From NCBI RefSeq assembly GCF_036321535.1, contig NC_087436.1, positions 81,470,001 through 81,534,000 on the forward strand: a DNA stretch of 64,000 nt, written 5' to 3'. Shown here piece after piece: positions 55,924-64,000 of this stretch. This DNA is from Camelus dromedarius (taxonomy: Eukaryota). The position numbers and the translations under genes are program-made. The notes beneath the pieces were generated by a model, which worked only from the letters and a program-made list of their open reading frames with translations, had not been told where the DNA came from and made no database searches. How positions within the stretch are numbered: the first letter of the stretch is position 1; each line of letters opens with the position of its first letter.

Positions 55924-56861
55924 CTACAGAAGCCTGTTCTTTTAATGATTACTAATCCTTGTCATCTGTGATCACTATATAAACCTGCACTTCACCAAGA
56001 AAAAAAACATCTGTTAGTCCATGTAAGATAACCCGGAGTAAAAGATCTTAGAAAATATGCAAAGAAAATTCTGTTTTCAATATTAAAACTATTTACAATA
56101 AAATATTTTTAGGTTAGATCTGAATCATCTTTTCTGAAATGTTTCATTAAACTCATATATTTATGCAGCAAACGTCTAACTGAACATACACCAGCCCGAG
56201 AGACTAGGTTAGACACTTCAGATCCCTGATTATCTGCTTTAACAGTCATGTGAGGAAGAATAAAAGGCGGTATCTACATTCCTTTCTCAGAAAAAAAAAA
56301 ATTGACATACAAAATAATGCATAGTTTTAATTTTTTAATTAGGCAAGTTTGAGTTAAATAGTGTTGACTTTGTTTGTCCTCACTAATACCAAAAATACTA
56401 CCATCCTGCATTAAACATTGAAAAATTTTAAGTCACTAACACTATTCTAAAATTTCCATGACAGCTTTTTTATTCATTGCAAGCTTAGATTTTAAATCTC
56501 AATTGCTGTATCTTTTGTTTATCATTAAGAGAAGTTCATCTATTAATTACATTTAGCAATTGAGAAAATTGTTATTTTGGATCATGATTTATGAATGTAT
56601 ATAATGTAAATGTCCATTATTCATTATTTGTGTTTACCCACAAGTGATCTTATATTACTTTTTATGATATTAAATAGTTTGGATTCTATAGCGAGAAGGG
56701 ACCTTCCAGAATATAGTCTAGCCTTTTCCTGGTGGCACACTGGTGGATGTCTACCCAATAGTCATTCCTCTCCTTCTTGCTGATCTTGCTTAACTTTTGA
56801 GCACTCTCGTATTCCATGGGCTCCTTTCCAGTCCCAGCACTTGAAAATTGAATGGTCTAAA

Positions 56862-57050
56862 CCAGTGGCTCTCATTAGAGTTGACACTAACCCTTAGCAG
56901 GCATCTGGGAGCCCTGTGGGCATGTTTTGGTGTACCACAAGGACAGGAGGTGTGGCTGGCATTTAGTTGGCTTAGCAGACAATGCTGGTTGTCCTGCAAT
57001 GAGTGGGGCATTACCACACAATGAATAATTTCCTACCTACCTCACAACTT
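56862..57050. mobile_element. MER20-like hAT MITE
   Basis: CAGTGGCTCTCA...CTGGCATTTAGTTGG...GTCCTGCAATG...CACACAATGAATAATT. Confidence 0.6.
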
Positions 57051-58539
57051 TTGAGTATGTCAAAACTTTAATTAGAAAAAAAAACAAAGTAAACAAAACA
57101 AAACAAAACAAAACAAAACAAAAACTGACTTTAATATTCTGAGACCAGAATTTAAACCAAAGGACTTTGTATGGTTTTAATATACACTGACCTCTGAATA
57201 GCTAATTCCCATATAATTTGAAAAAAGACTTAAACTTCCTTAGGTTCTGAACCTCTAGTTGGCCATAAAACCATTTCCCTGGACATTTTTGGCATTTCAC
57301 TTCTAATAAAAAATTGAAATGGAAGTAGAGACTAATTTGCTCCTGTGTTCTTGGACAGGGAGGCAGGCAGCATCAGCAATGTAAGTGAGGAGAATGCGGT
57401 GTGGACTGCGTGAACATGCGTGGCAAAACCTGCACATCTACTGCAAGAACCTTAAGACTCCAGACAGGCTTGAGAGCACTATATACGCGACAGGCACCAG
57501 CCTATGATTGGGAGAGAGATGAAGGCAACGATCCAGTACAAACACTCAGAGCCTCAGAGAGCAGAGTGGACTACAGATTAGGAATTCAGGTTGTTTGGGC
57601 AGAGACCAAAAATTCAGGTAGTTTACAAATACAATAATGAGAAGTCTGAAATCCAGGAAGCCATCTGTGAAGCACAGAACAGGAAATTAAACAAGACTAT
57701 TAAGAATCAGGGCACTGTAAGCCCATTCACAGAGACTAAACAGGGTTTAGAATTTAGAGGATGGTTGTGAACGATAGCGGAAACAAGAACATTATTATTT
57801 AAACAATCCTTTGTTTCAACTGCAGTATCAGGAACTTTTCTCCACACCGTAGTCCATTTCTACTCCATACTTTTTTGATGTATCAGTAAACTAACCCTAT
57901 TAAAGTCGTTTTTTCCCCTTGGCTAGGAAAGGAGGGTTTTTTTGTTTGTTTGTTTTTGTTTTTTGTTTTAAAAAGCAACTGGAGCTAGACTAACAAAGAA
58001 TTCACCTTCCAAGGTTAATCTGGGAAGAAGTGCCTGATTTGCAATTTGTCATGTTCTGATCCTTCTTTCTCTCTTTTAATATTCTGGTTTCTGACCACCC
58101 ACATAATTCTTAGCACACACTAGTCTCATCAAACCCAGGTAAGCAATTTCCCTTTTCCCCACATATTCTCCTCACCTCTGAAATGTCGCTTATTCCAACT
58201 GCACTGCATATATGTACTAACCACTTGTAATGACCCTTATGTCCCAGATCTCTGACACTGGATATACAACGATGGGATAGGTCCCTGTCTAGGTGGAGGC
58301 ACCCAAGTAAACAAGTGGTTAAATATGGATGATATATCTTATAGCAGAATAAAGAAAAGGTGCTGAGAGCAAACAGAGAATATCAACTAATTGCCTATAT
58401 CTATTCATTAACACTAATCCACTCAGCTACTATGTGTAAACAACCATAGATGCCAAGTCATGCTATAAAACTGGCAATGTTGGAAAGGAGACTCGATTTT
58501 TGTTTTCTCTGGCTAACTGTGTCCTCAGACTTCCCCTCT

Positions 58540-58915
58540 TATTGGTTCTCAGACGTGAATATGAATTGTACCACCTGGGGAGCTTGATAAAATACAAATC
58601 ACTGACACAACACCCCGGAGACCTGGATTCAAGCTGTCAGGGTGGGTCCTGAGGATCTGCAGATTACTAGGCAGTTCAGGTGGTTGTGATTTGAGGATCT
58701 GAGGCTCTGACTTTGAGAAAGACAGCTTATAACAATCATCCTCACGGTGTGCTCCCTGGAGCATCAGTATCAGCATCCCTTGGAGACTTGCTAGAAATGC
58801 AGATGCTCACTCCCACCTCACACCCATTGAATCAGGAACTCTGGAGGGTGGGGCCCAACAACCTGTTCTAATAAGCCCTCTAAGTGTTCTGATGTATACT
58901 GAAAATCACGCACTG
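58540..58915. mobile_element. Two adjacent MER5-family MITEs
   Basis: GGTTCTCA...CACCTGGGGAGCTTGATAAAATACAAA...CTTTGAGAA, followed by AGCATCAGTATCAGCATCCCTTGGAGACTTGCTAGAAATGCAGATGCTC. Confidence 0.75.
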
Positions 58916-59481
58916 GAGTGGAGTAATTGCCTGAAGACTGTAAAACAGATCATACGGCTCTGCCTGACGTATTTGGAAAGTAAATTATTATATTATTTAT
59001 TATATTTATGTGTATTATATTATATAGCAGAAATAATATTTCTGCAACTGCATCAGGGAACACACTTTGTGTCCTTACACATTGCCAAATTCCATTGTTT
59101 ATGGCAAAGATAAACTGAGAACCAGAGTCCTAGTTAGAACAAGGATTACCCTACACCTCAGATTCAAACATTTGAAAGAGATCCACTGTCCCCAGATTCA
59201 AGGACAGGCAAAGTTTGGTATTTAGACAGGCCGACGGCTGGCCAAATGTTACAATGGAGTATATCATTTCATCCCAGCAATTGTTCACACACAGTTAGAG
59301 AAGCACCCTGTAATTTTTCCCAGCGCATACCTAGAACAGGACTTTTCATATAACGGGAAAGCTATCTATGGACTTAATGGTAGTTTTGGTAAAATGGTTA
59401 ATACAATCACAGGGCTTACATGGGGGAAGGAGGGGGAAATTTCAGCCACAATAATACTCCCAGTCAAAAAGAAACAAATAA

Positions 59482-59601
59482 GCGAAAGAGAATGTGACAA
59501 TGAAAGTATGTACGTTCACGTATAACAGAAAAATTGTGCTCTACACTGGAATTTGACACAACATTGTAAAATGACTATAACTCAATAAAAAAATGTTTAA
59601 A
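59482..59601 (+). mobile_element. 120-bp young LINE-1 3' end
   Basis: Closely matches the reverse complement of ~15331-15440; perfect 16-bp TSD AAAAAGAAACAAATAA (59466-59481 and 59602-59617). Confidence 0.9.
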
Positions 59602-62600
59602 AAAAAGAAACAAATAAAAGCCCTTCAAATAAAATGCCTAATACCCTGACACATTTTCTAAAATAAAAATTACTCAGTGATCTTTTTATCCATCTCAGAG
59701 CATATAATTTCTCATAAAAAGATTGCAAGTCATCATTACAAAGTTTGTGAATTCACACACCATATTGGGAAGGCATGACTGGCCAGTAGTTTAAGGTCTA
59801 CATTCTGAGGTTTTAATACAGATCAGAACTACCTGAGGAGCTACGCCTTGAGCAAAAAAGTCAGTGTCAGGCTTCCAGCAAGTCACAGGGAAACACAGAT
59901 TGCTGAGACCAACTGACAAGTTTCTAATTCAGTGGGACTAAGATTAGGCCAAGAGTTTGTATTTCTAGCAAGTTCCACACTTCAAGAACCACTATTTTAG
60001 AGAACAGTAGATGTTAAGAGATGTCACCATTCAAAAAACCTAGCTAGAGAGGCAAAAACTGGATGACGTGCAGGTCAAGCCAAGTAAACACAGGATGGGG
60101 AAGTTAAAAATAATGCCATGATGGCTTTCCTTGGTATCAGCACCTCTTTAGCAGGCTCAGATGCCATATTCCCAGGGACATGTTTTCCTGCCTCACAGGT
60201 ACAATACTGTGCCCTATCAATTTTATCTCAATTAGCTCATGAAAATAAACATTCCATCATCTATTTGTATTAAATGTATACAAAAACACTTGGGAGGAAT
60301 GCATGAAACTCTCAGGTATTCATAAATGCTCACTGAAATGGAAAGTCTCTTTCCAGAGAAGAAATTAAGAAATTAAGTTAATTATAAATAAGAAAGATTA
60401 TATTAAAAAATTATAAATCACCACAGTGTTAAGTTTTGGAGACCAATCTGGCTCAAAATAACTATAGGTTTAGAATAGTCTATTCTATTGTTCCTTCAAA
60501 TTATTTTTAAAAAGAAACTCATTCCTCCACTGAATATTTAATCTTATATTTAAATGACTCAACAGTTTACTTTTATATGGATATAATAGAATTGTCATTG
60601 CAAAAGTTCAAAGCAAACTCATTTCTTCCCTGTCCCCCATCTGCCAAAAAAATATTTTAAGCTAAATTAAAAGACTTCATTGCCACCAGCAGTTTGGTAG
60701 GCAGAGAGGAAATCTGAACATAATCTATTCTGTGAAAAGACTGCATTTTACGCAGAACTGTGAGTAAGGACCTTGTGCAATGAGTCCCCATCATCAGTTG
60801 AGTTGCTTGCCCAGAGCTGTGAAATTCTGCAAAGAAAAATATCCCACATTACTGATCTTATCCTGCAGGCATCTAAAACTTTGATTGCAGTTTTCTCAAA
60901 TTTAATAACCTGTATGCCAGAAGCACTCCCTCCTTCCCATTTTCATTTGTGCATGACTGGCCTATGATACTACTAGTCAGTCAATCCCTGAGCTGGAAAC
61001 ATCAAGAATTTTCAAATGTTATGTGTTCTTAGTTTCTCTTGAATGATACAGCTGAAAACAGCACCAAGCCTGGATTAGTTCTGCACTTAATACCTAGGAA
61101 ACCAAGCCCTTTTATTCTTTCATTCATATATTATTTATATGCTGTGTGATTTCAAAAAGGATTTGTACAGCTCACCATAGAAGATATAGAAACAATAAAA
61201 CCATTAAATCCGGTTTTAAGAACAAATGTCAAATAAAGCAGGCTGGGAGGCAATAGTTTTACCAGAGGACTTAAGTTATGAACATCTACTGCCTTGAGCA
61301 AAAACATCAGTTGTCAGGCTCCCAGCAAGCCAAAGGGAAAATGTGACAAAACAACAAAACCACAGTGAGTGGCAAGCTTTGATTCATTAATCTCTTAAAA
61401 TATATCATACCATAGATCACAGGAAAGGTAAAGTAACTCTAGCACTTAACTTTAGGAAAAAAATATTCAATAGATTTTTATGTAATAACCATTGAATCAA
61501 ACAACAGGCAGTAGATATAATATTTTAAATCAAAGATATAGAAATATGTTTCATATGACTTATGCGATATCAACTTTCAATAAGACAAGGGGAGAAAGAA
61601 AGGTGAACCAGTATTAATTGCTTACCTGGTAAAGGTGAACTTTGCATTCTGTTAAATACTATATTTAACACTATCAGCAGGTGAGGAAACTGGCATACGG
61701 AGCTGTTAATTGTCTCTAAGTCTTAGATCTATTAATTAGTGGTAACAATATGAATTCAAGTTTGTCCAACTCTAAAATGCATGCTCTTCTTTTATTAAAC
61801 TATTCACTAGTTCAGCTAAAGTAATTTAGATGTGGTTTTCTTATGATGAGGTGATCTATAGGACTACAGCTTAAGAGAAATGAATGAATAACACATCCTT
61901 CTCCTTCATTTATCAACTGAGCCTGAAGTCTGAGCTTAACATTAAATGATTCAGGGTTGAAGTAGACTACCTTGTGTTGGTGATGGACAGCTGGATCTTC
62001 AGAGCTGCCTAGAAATTTGGTGAATGTTTACTGGGCACCTACTGAATGCCAGGCACTATTAAAGATGCTACAGGTGTAACTTTGATCTACTTAACAGGAT
62101 AGCTAAGATGAATTCGCTACAAAACACACCTCCAGAAAATTAACTGGTCAGTTGCATATTATTTTAGTATTGTCATTTAGATACTGGAACGTATCCGCCA
62201 ACAGTGGTGATTCTGCTTTTGGCACAAAAGACATTGAGCTATTCAGTCTTACAGTCATGACCAGCACACTGAATTGCTCGTGATGCCTCTCCAAGATTGT
62301 GATATAAAGTCGGCAGAAACAATGCCTGCTATTCTGTTTGTTATGGCAGAAAGGCATGTGGTTAATCCATTTTAAATCTGAATCAAATGATCTACATATG
62401 AGTTTTAAAGGCAGCAGATTTGAGACAAGACTTAACGACATTAAGGATTAGCTTTTGTTCTGTCCAGAGCATGTTTTCCCCATTCAATTTCTTGAAGTGT
62501 TACTCTCTAAAGAGGACTGCAGTCTGGAATCTATATCACTTTTATATTGGTTGGCCTAGCAATGATCAATGGCGTATTACTGATCAGTAATGCAGTAAAA

Positions 62601-62961
62601 ACTCTTAAGTCTTAAATTATGTTTAATCACTATTTTAAATTGTGTGAAAAAGCACGTTGTCATTGAAAATAGAGCAGGCACGGCTTCTGCCTGTCTGTTC
62701 TTTATATATAAAGAAAGACAATGAGTACTGTTCGAATACCTGCTATGTACCAAGCCAGTATTAGGACCAGATACTGTTTTAGGTGTCTAATAAATCATTT
62801 CATTCAAGACAGTATTCTCATTTTGCACTCGAGAGATCCTAGAGCGAGACTTCAGCAAAGGGTAAGAACCTAACTTTTAACTAAGAATCCTTATAATGAG
62901 GCCTTGGGCAAGCTTTTTACAATCTTAGTCTTAGTGTCCTTTTTATGGAATGAAGGTAATA

Positions 62962-64000
62962 CATGTATATATTGGAGATATTGTGAGTTTCATCCCAGAC
63001 CACTGCAATAAAGCGAGACACGTGAATTTTTTGATTTCCCAGTGCATATAAAAGTTACATTTACATTATACTGTTTTCTGTTAAGTGTGCAATATTGTAT
63101 CTTTAAAAAACCCTTAATTTAAAAATATTTTCTTGCTATTGACTTCAGTGAGTCATAATCTTTTTGCTGATGGAAGCTCTTGCCTGGATGTTGATGGCTG
63201 CTGACTGATCAGGGTGGTAGCTGCTGAAAGTTGAGGTGGTTGTGGAAATTTCTCAAAATAAGACAATGAAGTTCACCACATCATTTGACTTCCTTTCACA
63301 AACAATTTTTCTGTAGCATGTAATGCTCTCTGATAGCATTTTACCCACAGTAAAACTTCTTTCAAAATTGGACTCAATTCTTTCAACCCTGTTGCTGCTT
63401 TATCAGCTAAGTTTGTCATACCCTAAATTCTTTTTTGTATTTCAACAGTCTTCACAACATATTCACCAGAAGTAGCTTCCTCCTCAAGAAACCACTCTCT
63501 GCCCATCCATAAGAAGAAACTCCTCATCCATTAAAATTTTATCATGAGGTTGCAGCAATTCAGCCACATCTTCAGGCTCCACTTCAAATTTTAGTTCTCT
63601 TTCTATTTCCACCACACCTGCAGTTCCTTTCTCCACTGAAGTCTTGAACCCTTCAAAGTTATCTATGAAGGCTGGAATCAACTTCTTCCAAACTCCTGTT
63701 AAATTGATACTTTGATCTCTTCCCATGAATCACAAATGCTCTTAATGACATCTAGAATACTGAATCCTTTCCAGAAGGTGTTCCATTTGCTTTGCCCAGA
63801 TCCATCAGAGGAATCACTATGGCGGTTACGTTCTTATGAATGTCTTAGATAATAATACTTGAAAGTTGAAATTACCCCTTGATCTATGGGCTGCAGAATG
63901 GATGTTGTGTTAGCAGGCGTAAAAACAAACATTAATTTCACCATACTTCTCCATCAGAGCTCTTGGGTGACCAGAGGCATTGCCAATGAGCAGTAATATT
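62962..64000 (-). mobile_element. Tigger1 (pogo/Tc1-mariner) DNA transposon, 3' part, running off the window
   Basis: TA-flanked terminus ...GGAGATATTGTGAG...CCAGACCACTGCAATAAAGCGAG. Peptide GVWKKLIPAFIDNFEGFKTSVE...ELKFEVEPEDVAELLQPHDK matches the Tigger1/TIGD1 transposase C-terminus. Confidence 0.93.

Noticed and set aside
63484..63726. TIGD1-like ORF as a domesticated gene
   Set aside because: Short open stretch inside a decayed Tigger1 copy; no long transposase ORF in the track.

Overview
AT-rich mammalian genomic DNA, most likely from a camelid (three tRNA-Ala-like Vic-1-type SINEs; no Alu, Bov-A or PRE-1 recognised). The whole window lies inside MAPK10 (JNK3) on the minus strand. Six consecutive coding exons can be placed to the base: 55860-55691 (170 nt), 16703-16574 (130), 12032-11974 (59), 11143-11005 (139), 10297-10132 (166) and 7676-7605 (72). 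They splice in frame to [21 protein letters not shown]...TPY...[24 protein letters not shown](Y). The gene's 5' and 3' ends are outside the window. The 72-nt exon has a U2-type acceptor but a minor-spliceosome (U12) donor, GTATCCTT, the known architecture of the JNK mutually exclusive exon pair; the partner exon was not found here. The introns carry L1, L2, MIR, MaLR/ERVL LTR, hAT and Tigger1 relics. They also hold a tailless 7SK retrocopy antisense to the gene that has gained a perfect DR0 motif, an 18-bp minisatellite and several motif clusters. Repeat family names are recognised by eye and repeat boundaries are approximate. I see no convincing new protein-coding system; the novel items are hypotheses about splicing and regulation.
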